Numbered from the stretch's first letter, positions 1-8,229 are shown. The stretch is 9,175 bases of DNA from a virus (IMGVR_UViG_2531839239_000026), one strand, 5' to 3'. Made by a program: numbers and translations. The notes: a model not told the origin generated them from the letters alone.

Positions 1-1236
1 CTATGATAACCGCGCATTCAACATGGCTACCTGTTCGTCGTTCATGTCATCAATCCACATACCGTAAATTTCATACACCATCTGCGCAGTTTCATGCCCC
101 ATTTGGCTGGCTATAAATGCCGGGTTCGCTCCTGCCGTCAACAGCCAGCAGGCAAAAGTATGCCGCGTATGGTACGGATTACGGCGGCGAATACCAGCAC
201 GTTTTACTGCTGCATTCCACCTTGCCCCCAAACTGCTTACCGAGTAATAAGGTTTTTGTTTTCCGTTACACACCCTGGGCATGAAAACAAAATGCAGTTT
301 TTGCTTTTCGGTTCTGCCGTACTCCCGATGATAAAAGGTGATTTCGCTTTTGCGATGATGCCCGGTCAGTTTGTATTGCTCCTTCAGTGCTTCAAGAGCA
401 GGCTGCAGTAGTGTTACCGTCCGGATCCCCGCATTTGTTTTTGGGGGACCGAACATATCCAGTATCGTCAGGTTTCTTCTGACATTCACAACTCCCTTCT
501 CGAAATCCACATCCTCCCACGCCAGAGCAGCCAGTTCCCCGTGACGAAGCCCGGAGTATACGGCAAATTTCCACAAGTTCTGGCTCTGTCCTTTTTCACT
601 TTCCATTAATGCATTGAATTCTGTTTTAGATAACGGGTCAGGCTTTATTCTGTTTCTCTGTAATTTCTTTACTCCTTCAAATGGTTTGGTTGATATAAAT
701 CCCGACTGATACGCAAAACGTAACAACGAACAGAGCAGGGCGATATAGTTATCAACTGTGCGCACGGTTCTTCCTTTTTTGTTGGATCTTGGATTATCCA
801 GGTAAAGCGTTTCTCCATGCAGCAGTTCATTCCGGTAGTTTAAGATATCGCTATAACGAATATGCGATATCGGAGTACTCTCACAAATTATTATCCTGAG
901 TGTTTTTAATTGTGATTTCGTTTTCTTCATTGTGTTTGTTGTTAACTCTGTTTCTTTAATTTTTGTCCAGATATCACAAAGCTCCCCGAACGTTTTTATG
1001 ACCCTCGTTGTCACCATTTTTGCCCCAGTGCTGGACTGGGGAAAACGTCTTAAATACTCAAACTCACCGGAATTGATTTCATGAACTATCAACGCTCTTA
1101 AATTCCCGGCTTTTTTAATGTTACTGTTAGTAACCTCCCAGCCTTTCAATGTTTCCCGACATCGTTTTCCTCGAAACATGAACCAGATGCGAATGTATTT
1201 ACCTCGAATCTCGACACCTGTTGGTAATTTAGACAT
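1..1236 (-). CDS. intR: Tyrosine-family phage integrase (IntR-like), 411 aa
   Basis: Track ORF 1..1236 (-), ATG at 1236..1234, stop TAG at 3..1. C-terminus carries an H-x-x-R motif (HTRHTFA) and a downstream Tyr (VYEIY), typical of tyrosine recombinases. Length matches my recall of Rac IntR. Confidence 0.9.
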   Translation of the reverse strand: MSKLPTGVEIRGKYIRIWFMFRGKRCRETLKGWEVTNSNIKKAGNLRALIVHEINSGEFEYLRRFPQSSTGAKMVTTRVIKTFGELCDIWTKIKETELTTNTMKKTKSQLKTLRIIICESTPISHIRYSDILNYRNELLHGETLYLDNPRSNKKGRTVRTVDNYIALLCSLLRFAYQSGFISTKPFEGVKKLQRNRIKPDPLSKTEFNALMESEKGQSQNLWKFAVYSGLRHGELAALAWEDVDFEKGVVNVRRNLTILDMFGPPKTNAGIRTVTLLQPALEALKEQYKLTGHHRKSEITFYHREYGRTEKQKLHFVFMPRVCNGKQKPYYSVSSLGARWNAAVKRAGIRRRNPYHTRHTFACWLLTAGANPAFIASQMGHETAQMVYEIYGMWIDDMNDEQVAMLNARLS

Positions 1237-1237
1237 A

Positions 1238-1453
1238 TCATGAGTCTTTGATAAACTGATTTATCTTTGGATAGTTATACCAGATAATCCCTCGCTTACT
1301 GTCTGGCTTCCCTAAAGGAGATACTCGTTTGAAGTGGAAGCCTTCCACCCAACAGTTCTGGCGGTATGCTTCAATTTGTCTGGCCCCCAGACCAGTGCGA
1401 AGCATCAGGCCGTATTCAACCATCCACTCTTCATTAAAGATTACTTGTGCCAT
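1238..1453 (-). CDS. xisR: Excisionase-like protein (YdaQ/XisR-like), 71 aa
   Basis: Track ORF 1238..1477 trimmed to the ATG at 1453 ([10 protein letters not shown]...), which is preceded by GAGGTG 7 nt upstream. Stop TGA at 1240..1238 abuts the int ATG, the usual xis-int arrangement. Confidence 0.7.
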   Translation of the reverse strand: MAQVIFNEEWMVEYGLMLRTGLGARQIEAYRQNCWVEGFHFKRVSPLGKPDSKRGIIWYNYPKINQFIKDS

Positions 1454-1552
1454 CGCATCACCTCTGGCAGGCGCCAATGTTAGACTTAAATTGACGCCCG
1501 ATGTTGATTATTAATAATCAGCTATGAAGTTTTAATTTGAATACAATGCAAT

Positions 1553-1741
1553 TCACGAGGACTGAAGTTTCTCGCAATTAAAATTTATCAGTTTTACTTT
1601 CTGCTCTCTGGAAACGCCTGCTTCTTTTTTACCTGAGAGCATTTTTTCGCATTCTGATTTCGTTAGTTTAGATTTTGAATATCTTGTCCAGTTAGTAGGA
1701 GTGCCACCTTCCTTTTCAATAGTGGCGGTAATTTTATACAT
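1553..1741 (-). CDS. ydaC: Small Rac-prophage protein YdaC-like, 62 aa
   Basis: Track ORF 1553..1813 trimmed to the ATG at 1741 (MYKITATIEKEGG...), which has a strong SD (GGAGG, 5-nt spacer). The upstream extension overlaps the ralR frame. Start overlaps the TAA that closes the ralR frame (CATGTATAA). Confidence 0.6.
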   Translation of the reverse strand: MYKITATIEKEGGTPTNWTRYSKSKLTKSECEKMLSGKKEAGVSREQKVKLINFNCEKLQSS

Positions 1742-1928
1742 GAACACCTCCATTATTATTTCCAGTGGTTCGTTTATTTCATCGTTCGAGTGCTTCTTTT
1801 TCACTTCCACCATAACCGGTTCGGGATTCGCATCCGTTACACTTCGCTCGGTAATATCCTGAAATGGCTTTCACCGTTACTGATGGACAACCACAAAATG
1901 GACATGGTTTAACATTGTCATATCTCAT
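1734..1928 (-). pseudogene. ralR: Restriction-alleviation protein / DNase toxin RalR (Lar) frame, interrupted by an in-frame TGA at 1781..1779
   Basis: My own translation of the minus strand from ATG 1928 gives MRYDNVKPCPFCGCPSVTVKAISGYYRAKCNGCESRTGYGGSEKEALER, then TGA, then NKRTTGNNNGGVHV, then TAA at 1736..1734. Reading TGA as Trp gives exactly 64 aa, the RalR length I recall. Cys-x2-Cys ... Cys-x2-Cys zinc-ribbon-like pattern. An in-frame ATG also exists at 1940 (MRKIMRY...). Confidence 0.6.
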
Positions 1929-1983
1929 AATTTTTCTCATAAAAATATTTCAAGTTGGCGGTGCATTACACCGCCAGGCTGAA

Positions 1984-2793
1984 TTATTCCTCTGAATTAT
2001 CGATTACACTGTATTCCCCGGTTAATACAGAGGAATCTGCAGGATCGATTGTCAGTGGTTCCTTTTCATCCATTGATACTGCACGCTGGATCTCAATTGA
2101 TACGGGCAGATATTTGAACAGGCGACGAATAGCCGTTTTCTTTGCCATTTCTTCCCAGTGAGTTACCCACGGCCCGTTATTACCAGCTTTACTCTGGCTG
2201 CGCACCAGCTCAATCTGTTTGCGCGTCATAACTTCAAACTGAGTACCTCCGTCTTTCAGTCTTGCGACAGCATAGACGTGGGTAACAGGGGCATCTTCGT
2301 TTTCTCCTGGGCGGTGTATTAACTTTTCATCAAGGCCAAATTCGAAATTAAACTCGTCACCTTCACGGACAACACGGGCTGACAAGCTGGCGATTTGACC
2401 TGAACGGCGAGCCAGATCAATCATGCCTCGATAGCCAATGATTAGCTGAACGTTTTTTTTACCGCTCTTTTCGTTTTTATTACCAAAAGGCAGTAAATAT
2501 GCATGACCGAGGGCGCTACCGGGCTCAAGTCCGAGCTGTGAACACTGTACGATTGCACTGACAAAACTCATAGTGTCACAGTTTCCTAACGCCGGAACTT
2601 TACGAATTTCTGTGGTGGCGATACGGATCATACGTTCAGCCGTCATATGGCGTGGAAGAGCTGCTGCCAGTTGCTCTTTCATTGATGGCTGGTTAATAAA
2701 ACTAATCACGTCGTTATTTTTAATTGCTGCTGGTGCACGGTTTCCCTGAGTTTTTTGCAGATCGGCTTTTGCGATTGGTGGTTGCTTAGTCAT
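1984..2793 (-). CDS. recT: RecT single-strand annealing protein, 269 aa
   Basis: Track ORF 1984..2850 trimmed to ATG 2793 ([16 protein letters not shown]...), preceded by AAGGA 8 nt upstream. Start overlaps the recE stop by 8 nt. Sequence and length match my recall of RecT. Confidence 0.9.
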   Translation of the reverse strand: MTKQPPIAKADLQKTQGNRAPAAIKNNDVISFINQPSMKEQLAAALPRHMTAERMIRIATTEIRKVPALGNCDTMSFVSAIVQCSQLGLEPGSALGHAYLLPFGNKNEKSGKKNVQLIIGYRGMIDLARRSGQIASLSARVVREGDEFNFEFGLDEKLIHRPGENEDAPVTHVYAVARLKDGGTQFEVMTRKQIELVRSQSKAGNNGPWVTHWEEMAKKTAIRRLFKYLPVSIEIQRAVSMDEKEPLTIDPADSSVLTGEYSVIDNSEE

Positions 2794-5386
2794 TTGCATA
2801 TTCCTTAGCCCAGCGGGGCAGTGATAACGTCTTAATAGCTGGCCATTCATCGGTATTGAGGCAGTCAGCCAGGGTTCGCAGATTGCGGTGATATTCCAGC
2901 TGACCTGCCAGTTTTGCTTCTTCGCCCATCATGAAAATTTCAACCGGATAACGTCCGCATTCAATAGTTGTGCTGGCAACCAGAAAAACGAAAGTTGGCT
3001 GCACTCCAAACTGTGCTTCATAACCGTCACTGTAGAATGCATCCTGAACGTGATAGCGGTAGTCGTAATAAGCGGTTTTGAATCGTTGAATATCCGCCGT
3101 AGTTTTCACGTCCATGATCCAGTGAAATTCAGGGATAATTTTGTCCGGACGGCACCGACACAAAATTGCTGTTTCAGGATCTTCCCAGTAAATTGATGAT
3201 TCAGCGTGTCCGGCGCTTTCAACAAGCCATTGCCCCAGCGGCAAAGCCATAACGCTCTGATACATGAGTTCAATTTTCCGGCCTTCTTCGGCAGTGATAA
3301 CCGTTTTTCCTGTGCTTGCGCATTCCCTCAGAAACGCTTTCTCTTCTTCTTTTCCGGAGTTTGTCCGGCGGTTAAATTCAGGTGCTACGATAAAGCGGTT
3401 ACTGAATTCTTCCGGCTCAAGTACCCGGCAGTGGAAAGCGGTTCCTAAATCGAGCGTTTTTGTCTTTGTGGTGTCCACGGGGGCATTTTTACGCCACAAA
3501 TACAGTGCCGGAGTATCAGCAATGTCATCGAGCTGAGACTTACTGACACCGGGACCCGCGTGGTAATTCTCATTCGAAATTCCGTAATAAATACCTGGCT
3601 CTATGTCTTCTACGATTACGGGATCTGCGACTTCGCCAGTTTCATCACTGCAATCGCGATGCGGATCGCTGCCAGCATTCTCATTGTGCGGATGTTCAGC
3701 GCCTTCCATTTCCTCCGGATCATTTTCCTTAGCTTCAACCTGACTCTCTTCATCGAATGTTTCCTGGTATGTTGCGTCGCCCATCACCGCACCACAGTCA
3801 GGGCAGTTATCCCCGCCAGTCTGGCCGCAGGCATTGCAGGCTATTTCCGGTTCCTGTTGCACTACTGGCTCAGGTTGATTCATATCCGGGCTGGTTTTTT
3901 CCGTTTCTGGCTGGTTCTGGTACACACAATCGCGAGTCTGGATCCCCTTTACCCATTTCGGATCGTTCGGGTCGCTAATTCCGTCAACAAATTCACCACG
4001 TGATGCAGCAAGCAATTTATCGGCATCGACAGGATTTTTTGATGGAATGTTTTTCCGGGCTTCATGGAGTTCTGCCCGCAGTTCCTGATATTTCGCATCA
4101 ACAGAATTTACCTGTGACTGAGCATCCAGCGGCTGCGTGTCCTGATGATGTTCAGTTGCGTCCGGTTCCATTGTTTCAGCCTCTCCCTGTTCAACTGCCG
4201 TTGTTCCAGATGGTTGCGGTTTTTCTTCATCATCCTGTTTTCCTTCTTCTGTTACTCGCTGCGGCATCGGGGCAGAGGAGCGACCGCAGGCAATATCCAC
4301 GATTTCCGGATCAGGGTTGGCATGAGCGGTTTCAGTCAGTACTTTGTTCAGATATTCAGTGACGTGCGCGGGGATGACCTCGATCCCAATTGGTGCTTCT
4401 TTTACGGACGCAACCACGATGGCGCGGGAATAATCCAGCCCGCCAGGCATGGTGATGAATTTGTCGCGGAAAACAGAAAAGGGCGGTTTATTTTCAGCGA
4501 TAATTTCCTCAATGCGTTTAGCGTGTGCCGGATGAAGGTTATAGATGTCCAGATCCATTGAACGGGCCAGTACGCCAGTGGCTACGTCGCGCGCCAGTGA
4601 CGTCAGATCGTGTACGAAACCTTCGCCGCGATCGGTGAGGTTTCCGCCGCCAGCATTAGCACCGGAAGCCGTGCGAGTGATGTGTGAAACACGATTACCC
4701 TTCATCCACTCTTTTGTCAGCAGTCCTCGATCGGTGTAGTCAGCGTTCAGGTATGCTTCGAAAAAAGCAGTTATCAGTCCCAGGTTTGAATTACCAGGAT
4801 TAGGGAAAACTTTGTCAGTGTCACGAACCAGTTTGTGGAGTTCGCGAATTTCCAGCGGGTCGAGCAGGCTGGTTTTGTGGGAAACAGCCAGGGCAGTAAC
4901 AGCCGGTAGTTCTTCAGCCCGAGCAATGTGTAATGCCTGGAGTCCGTCGCGTGAAACGTGCGTTACCGGTTTTTCGCTGCCGTGTTGAGCAAGCCAACGA
5001 ATGGGCAGTTCCTGGCCAGAAATTGGGAGTAGCATATTCTCCTCAATCTCAGTCATGTCTTCGCCGTTGACGTTGGTATTGCCTTGATAGTGAGCGTTGT
5101 CTGGTGCTGCTCCCGGTTTTAGTTCCCATGTCATGGAGTCTTTGCTGAGTTGATAGCGTTCACTCCAGGTAAAATCGATCTCACCTTCAGCGGGCAGGTC
5201 ATTAACGACAGGAAAATTCGTGGCAACAGCTTTAAAATAGCTGCTCAGTTTTTTACCTGACTTAACGATCAGGTAGTCCAGAGTGGCACAGGTCGATTCA
5301 AAATCGTTGCTTGCCCACAGGACGACGTCAGGTTCACCGGATGATTTTTTCGCTTTCCGTAACAGGAAGAGTGGTTTTGTGCTCAT
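2786..5386 (-). CDS. recE: RecE exonuclease VIII, 866 aa
   Basis: Track ORF 2786..5386 (-), [14 protein letters not shown]..., full length 866 aa. Has an acidic, low-complexity central region and a C-terminal nuclease region. Overlaps recT. Confidence 0.9.
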   Translation of the reverse strand: MSTKPLFLLRKAKKSSGEPDVVLWASNDFESTCATLDYLIVKSGKKLSSYFKAVATNFPVVNDLPAEGEIDFTWSERYQLSKDSMTWELKPGAAPDNAHYQGNTNVNGEDMTEIEENMLLPISGQELPIRWLAQHGSEKPVTHVSRDGLQALHIARAEELPAVTALAVSHKTSLLDPLEIRELHKLVRDTDKVFPNPGNSNLGLITAFFEAYLNADYTDRGLLTKEWMKGNRVSHITRTASGANAGGGNLTDRGEGFVHDLTSLARDVATGVLARSMDLDIYNLHPAHAKRIEEIIAENKPPFSVFRDKFITMPGGLDYSRAIVVASVKEAPIGIEVIPAHVTEYLNKVLTETAHANPDPEIVDIACGRSSAPMPQRVTEEGKQDDEEKPQPSGTTAVEQGEAETMEPDATEHHQDTQPLDAQSQVNSVDAKYQELRAELHEARKNIPSKNPVDADKLLAASRGEFVDGISDPNDPKWVKGIQTRDCVYQNQPETEKTSPDMNQPEPVVQQEPEIACNACGQTGGDNCPDCGAVMGDATYQETFDEESQVEAKENDPEEMEGAEHPHNENAGSDPHRDCSDETGEVADPVIVEDIEPGIYYGISNENYHAGPGVSKSQLDDIADTPALYLWRKNAPVDTTKTKTLDLGTAFHCRVLEPEEFSNRFIVAPEFNRRTNSGKEEEKAFLRECASTGKTVITAEEGRKIELMYQSVMALPLGQWLVESAGHAESSIYWEDPETAILCRCRPDKIIPEFHWIMDVKTTADIQRFKTAYYDYRYHVQDAFYSDGYEAQFGVQPTFVFLVASTTIECGRYPVEIFMMGEEAKLAGQLEYHRNLRTLADCLNTDEWPAIKTLSLPRWAKEYAND

Positions 5387-5457
5387 TGTTTTTTAACCTC
5401 AACTCAGATTAAAATTCGTTTTGTTCAGTGAATGATCTTGCCGGATACACACTGTTC

Positions 5458-5482
5458 ATAGCCTGCGCCATACGCAGGCTAT
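5458..5482. other. Perfect 10-bp-stem hairpin between recE and racC
   Basis: ATAGCCTGCG-CCATA-CGCAGGCTAT: 5458-5467 pairs with 5473-5482, 5-nt loop. Confidence 0.4.
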
Positions 5483-5487
5483 TTCTT

Positions 5488-5763
5488 TCAGATTTCACCT
5501 TTTAATTTCATTGCAATTAGAGTTGCCAGAAATTCGGCTTTTTTTTCTGTGGGCAGATTCTTTCCGATATGCACCAGGCACATTTTTTTGACACCTTCAT
5601 CAAGTGTTTTTACGTTGCCTGATGGACCATCGATATCAACCACAGTGAATGGGGTTTCTTTATTTTCTGTTTTAATTACGTAGCCAATGCGCTTTCCTTC
5701 CAGATTCACCTCGTGAACAATGTCATCGGTAGTTACAACAGTGGCTTCATAATTGGTAATCAT
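5488..5763 (-). CDS. racC: RacC-like protein, 91 aa
   Basis: Track ORF 5488..5811 trimmed to ATG 5763 (MITNYEATVVTTDD...), preceded by AAGGAG with a 6-nt spacer. Confidence 0.75.
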   Translation of the reverse strand: MITNYEATVVTTDDIVHEVNLEGKRIGYVIKTENKETPFTVVDIDGPSGNVKTLDEGVKKMCLVHIGKNLPTEKKAEFLATLIAMKLKGEI

Positions 5764-5837
5764 GTTTTTCTCCTTAATTAAGGTTGAGCGAATACCTGCC
5801 ATTTCTGGCATAAATTCAGTTTCGAATAGTCAATTAA

Positions 5838-6008
5838 TTAAAGTTCATGTGCCATCTGGTCTTTTTCGGCACAAGCTTCACTGCAATATTTTCTCGGTTC
5901 GTCTTTTGATAAAATCCCGTGCATGAAGTGAAGCATTCTTTCAATAGCTTTGCTTTCTTCAACGTCTTTTTTGCAAAGGTGGTAAGCACATTTTATTTTC
6001 TTAGTCAT
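5838..6008 (-). CDS. ydaE: YdaE-like small Cys-rich (metal-binding) protein, 56 aa
   Basis: Not in the ORF track because it is under 60 aa. My translation from ATG 6008: [56 protein letters not shown], stop TAA at 5840..5838. ATG overlaps the kilR TGA (ATGA). Confidence 0.7.
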   Translation of the reverse strand: MTKKIKCAYHLCKKDVEESKAIERMLHFMHGILSKDEPRKYCSEACAEKDQMAHEL

Positions 6009-6229
6009 CACCATGACTCCGCCTTTACAGGTAAACCATCACGACCGAGGAAGACTTTAATCATGCGGTCAGTAATGCATGTTTTTGTGGTCAGGTTACG
6101 AATATATAGTTTTCGCTTTTTAATATTGTTTGCCGAGGCAATATATGTCCGGCCTTCATGAAGAACATAATCGCCAGGAGTCACACACTGACGTGGTATT
6201 TCATCAGTTCCGAAGTGATGTGCAATCAT
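6008..6229 (-). CDS. kilR: KilR-like killing / cell-division inhibitor protein, 73 aa
   Basis: Track ORF 6008..6241 trimmed to ATG 6229 ([14 protein letters not shown]...), preceded by GGAG 8 nt upstream. Confidence 0.8.
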   Translation of the reverse strand: MIAHHFGTDEIPRQCVTPGDYVLHEGRTYIASANNIKKRKLYIRNLTTKTCITDRMIKVFLGRDGLPVKAESW

Positions 6230-6410
6230 AATTATCTCCATTTTTACAAATGAACTTTGTTGATGCGGTGCCTGGTGCCTCCAGGTGACTGCAACCAGTT
6301 AACAATTACAGTCGGCTTTCCCACCCAAACCAATAAGGACTAACATGACTTTTAACTGTGCCACGTGCGCTTAGCCGCATTCACCGCATCACAAAATTCA
6401 CTTTAAAAAG

Positions 6411-6452
6411 GGCGGACATCAGCCGAACTTCAAGAAAAAAACTGATGCCGCC
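6411..6452. other. Long interrupted inverted repeat in the kilR-sieB intergenic region
   Basis: GGCGGACATCAG (6411-6422) and CTGATGCCGCC (6442-6452) form an 11-bp stem with one bulged A around a 19-nt A-rich loop. On the minus strand it is followed by CTTTTTAAA. Confidence 0.3.
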
Positions 6453-6627
6453 AGGACTACACACAGCAATGTCGTTATTTACAACCGGAGGCGCACTCCC
6501 ACCATTTAAATTTAACAGACAAGACCGACTCTTTATGGATATCGGAAATGCGCCTTCGTGTTGTGCCCGGTTTTATTTCACCACCTCCGGGCTTCGGTGG
6601 TCTCGGCTATACCCCTACAGCGAGAGC

Positions 6628-6656
6628 TTGTGTTAACATTTCAATACCCTTACAGT
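6628..6656 (+). promoter_or_regulatory. Candidate sigma70 promoter for sieB
   Basis: TTGTGT (6628-6633), 17-bp spacer, TACAGT (6651-6656), 14 nt upstream of the sieB ATG. Sequence inspection only. Confidence 0.25.
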
Positions 6657-6670
6657 TGAGAGTTATTGAT

Positions 6671-7159
6671 ATGTTGGATGTATTTACTCCATTGTTGAAA
6701 CTTTTTGCTAACGAGCCACTCGAAAGACTTATGTATACGATTATCATTTTTGGTCTCACTCTCTGGCTGATACCGAAAGAGTTTACTGTCGCATTCAATG
6801 CTTATACTGAAATACCTTGGCTCTTTCAGATTATCGTTTTTGCCTTTTCTTTCGTGGTCGCCATTTCCTTCTCAAGATTGCGAGCACATATTCAAAAGCA
6901 TTATTCATTACTACCAGAGCAACGAGTATTGCTTCGTTTATCTGAGAAAGAAATCGCTGTATTTAAAGATTTCCTTAAAACAGGAAATCTTATTATCACT
7001 TCTCCTTGCCGTAACCCGGTTATGAAAAAATTAGAACGGAAGGGCATCATTCAACATCAGAGTGATAGCGCAAACTGTTCTTATTATCTCGTCACCGAAA
7101 AATACTCCCATTTTATGAAGTTATTCTGGAACAGCAGGAGTAGACGTTTTAATCGTTAG
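6671..7159 (+). CDS. sieB: Superinfection exclusion protein SieB-like, 162 aa
   Basis: Track ORF 6548..7159 trimmed to ATG 6671 (MLDVFTPLLKLFANEPLERLMYTIIIFGLTLWLIPKEF...). Two hydrophobic segments suggest a membrane protein. The N-terminal extension in the track is a Pro/Gly-rich intergenic read-in. Confidence 0.8.
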   Translation: MLDVFTPLLKLFANEPLERLMYTIIIFGLTLWLIPKEFTVAFNAYTEIPWLFQIIVFAFSFVVAISFSRLRAHIQKHYSLLPEQRVLLRLSEKEIAVFKDFLKTGNLIITSPCRNPVMKKLERKGIIQHQSDSANCSYYLVTEKYSHFMKLFWNSRSRRFNR

Positions 7160-7311
7160 CTTACTGTGTGCTTCTCCAACCATCGGCGCGCACCAGTTTC
7201 GGTTTTAAATGTTTTGCTTTTGGTATACGTCATGGCAGTGAACGTTCCATCCTGGTTGGGGAACACGCCGCACACCAGGGATTCGTTGTTGCCGAGGTCG
7301 ATTTTTTGCAT
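7156..7311 (-). CDS. ydaF: YdaF-like small protein, 51 aa
   Basis: Not in the ORF track. My translation from ATG 7311: MQKIDLGNNESLVCGVFPNQDGTFTAMTYTKSKTFKTETGARRWLEKHTVS, stop TAA 7158..7156. Its stop overlaps the sieB TAG (7157..7159) on the opposite strand. Confidence 0.65.
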   Translation of the reverse strand: MQKIDLGNNESLVCGVFPNQDGTFTAMTYTKSKTFKTETGARRWLEKHTVS

Positions 7312-7321
7312 TTTGCGAATC

Positions 7322-7456
7322 TCACATCTTGTTGCTACGTATAGCGACTTCTGCCTGCCAGAGATCCCAGTCGTTGCTGCGTAAAGCCTGCACAGCCTGG
7401 TTGTAAGTGATACCGCAACAATCCATCAAATACTGAACTACTTCGTAATGCACCAT
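7322..7456 (-). CDS. ydaG: YdaG-like small protein, 44 aa
   Basis: Not in the ORF track. My translation from ATG 7456: MVHYEVVQYLMDCCGITYNQAVQALRSNDWDLWQAEVAIRSNKM, stop TGA 7324..7322. A GGGGA SD-like element lies upstream. Confidence 0.65.
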   Translation of the reverse strand: MVHYEVVQYLMDCCGITYNQAVQALRSNDWDLWQAEVAIRSNKM

Positions 7457-7632
7457 CTTATCTATCCCCTTAACGCCGGGTGGCGGAACTAACTGCTGCA
7501 CTGCAAAATTTGAATCCCGCCGTCATGTTCATACGCCTCGGGCTGGCTACTTACCCCCTGACCACTGCTTGGTAACTCGAAGTATTGCCCGGCGTTCTGT
7601 GGGGCGGGGTGGGTGGTTGGTGTATGTAATCT

Positions 7633-7672
7633 ACAATAAAAAACTGTTTTTGTGTCAACAGTTTTTAATTGT
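7633..7672. promoter_or_regulatory. OL-like operator dyad with a leftward -35-like TTGACA in its spacer
   Basis: Left arm ACAATAAAAAACTGTT at 7633-7648, right arm AACAGTTTTTAATTGT at 7657-7672 (one mismatch to a perfect inverted repeat). Spacer TTTGTGTC reads TTGACA on the minus strand (7658..7653). The 16-mer left arm is identical to 8668-8683. Confidence 0.45.
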
Positions 7673-7682
7673 TGTTTTGGGC

Positions 7683-7705
7683 AAAAAAATCCCTCGAAAG
7701 AGGGA
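7683..7705 (-). terminator. Candidate intrinsic terminator downstream of parE
   Basis: Minus-strand RNA folds as UCCCUC-UUUC-GAGGGA (6-bp stem, 7690-7695 with 7700-7705) followed by seven U (plus-strand A-run 7683-7689). It starts 18 nt after the parE stop. Confidence 0.4.
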
Positions 7706-7723
7706 GTATGAAAATTGTTCAAC

Positions 7724-8011
7724 TCAGATAGAGAAGGGAAATTGTCGCCGAGAATGTGTCACGCTTACAATCTCAATGCTTGAAGCAGCTACTCTGTACA
7801 GGATTATGTAGTTAGGGTGGGTCACGATCTCTCTCAATCCAGAAACCCGTTCGCTTGGTGGATATAAGTACGGATGCTCAGATAGAGGTAATACCGATGT
7901 TTCAATGCGTATTTTTAGTCTACGTGCTGCCGGTGGGTTCTCCTTGGCGATGTAAGTTATGATCTGGCGCAAATCATCGCGAGCAGACGGTAGCCATAAA
8001 ATGGGTAACAT
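7724..8011 (-). CDS. parE: ParE/RelE-superfamily toxin (ParE-like), 95 aa
   Basis: Track ORF 7724..8011 (-). The C-terminal region ...LREIVTHPNYIILYRVAASSIEIVSVTHSRRQFP resembles the ParE/RelE fold signature. Start ATG overlaps the upstream gene's stop (TAATG), indicating translational coupling in toxin-after-antitoxin order. Confidence 0.75.
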   Translation of the reverse strand: MLPILWLPSARDDLRQIITYIAKENPPAARRLKIRIETSVLPLSEHPYLYPPSERVSGLREIVTHPNYIILYRVAASSIEIVSVTHSRRQFPFSI

Positions 8012-8202
8012 TACTCGCTCTTGTTAGTTACAGCAATTTGAGCAATAAGATTTTCCATTTCAGCCATTACCTCGTCATGTGGAATTGCGGGGCGAGTGTC
8101 TGCAAGGCTTGACGTTACTTTAGTGCGCAACCATTCGTTGTAACTGTTTTCTTGTTCGGTAGTTTCGAATTCTGAAACTATCGGAGAAAGGGCTGTACCC
8201 AT
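8011..8202 (-). CDS. paaA: Small antitoxin, PaaA-like partner of ParE, 63 aa
   Basis: Track ORF 8011..8202 (-), MGTALSPIVSEFETTEQENSYNEWLRTKV..., preceded by a strong SD (GAGGAG, 7-nt spacer). Small and acidic, immediately upstream of and coupled to the ParE-like gene. Resembles the PaaA2 antitoxin of the three-component paaR2-paaA2-parE2 system from my recall. Confidence 0.6.
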   Translation of the reverse strand: MGTALSPIVSEFETTEQENSYNEWLRTKVTSSLADTRPAIPHDEVMAEMENLIAQIAVTNKSE

Positions 8203-8229
8203 GGCATAACTCCTCTTCTTGTACTGTGG

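Noticed and set aside
94-574. Track ORFs 94..411 (+) and 392..574 (-) inside the integrase gene
   Set aside because: Alternative-frame and antisense artefacts within a confidently assigned integrase.
1741-1813. N-terminal extension of track ORF 1553..1813 (86 aa)
   Set aside because: The extension lies inside the ralR reading frame in another phase. The ATG at 1741 has a strong GGAGG SD and gives the expected small YdaC-like protein.
2794-2850. N-terminal extension of the recT track ORF ([19 protein letters not shown])
   Set aside because: It lies within the recE 3' end. The ATG at 2793 has an AAGGA SD and gives the 269-aa RecT.
2888-4739. Seven plus-strand track ORFs (64-147 aa) inside recE
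   Set aside because: They are antisense to a well-supported 866-aa gene, compositionally odd (Cys/Phe/Arg-rich), and lack RBSs. Typical antisense-frame artefacts.
5919-6241. Track ORF 5919..6161 (+) and the 4-codon extension of kilR to 6241
   Set aside because: The plus ORF is antisense to ydaE/kilR. The kilR ATG at 6229 has the proper SD, and the ATG at 6241 sits inside that SD.
6358-6636. Track ORF, 92 aa, plus strand, GTG start, in the kilR-sieB intergenic region
   Set aside because: No RBS, GTG start, no recognisable domain. The region is flagged instead for its non-coding structure.
6548-6670. N-terminal extension of the sieB track ORF
   Set aside because: Pro/Gly-rich read-in from intergenic DNA with no RBS. 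The ATG at 6671 gives the 162-aa SieB.
7489-7722. Track ORF, 77 aa, minus strand
   Set aside because: It overlaps the terminator hairpin and the OL-like dyad, is low-complexity (Pro/Gln/Ser-rich), and has no RBS. I treat it as a non-coding leader or operator region.
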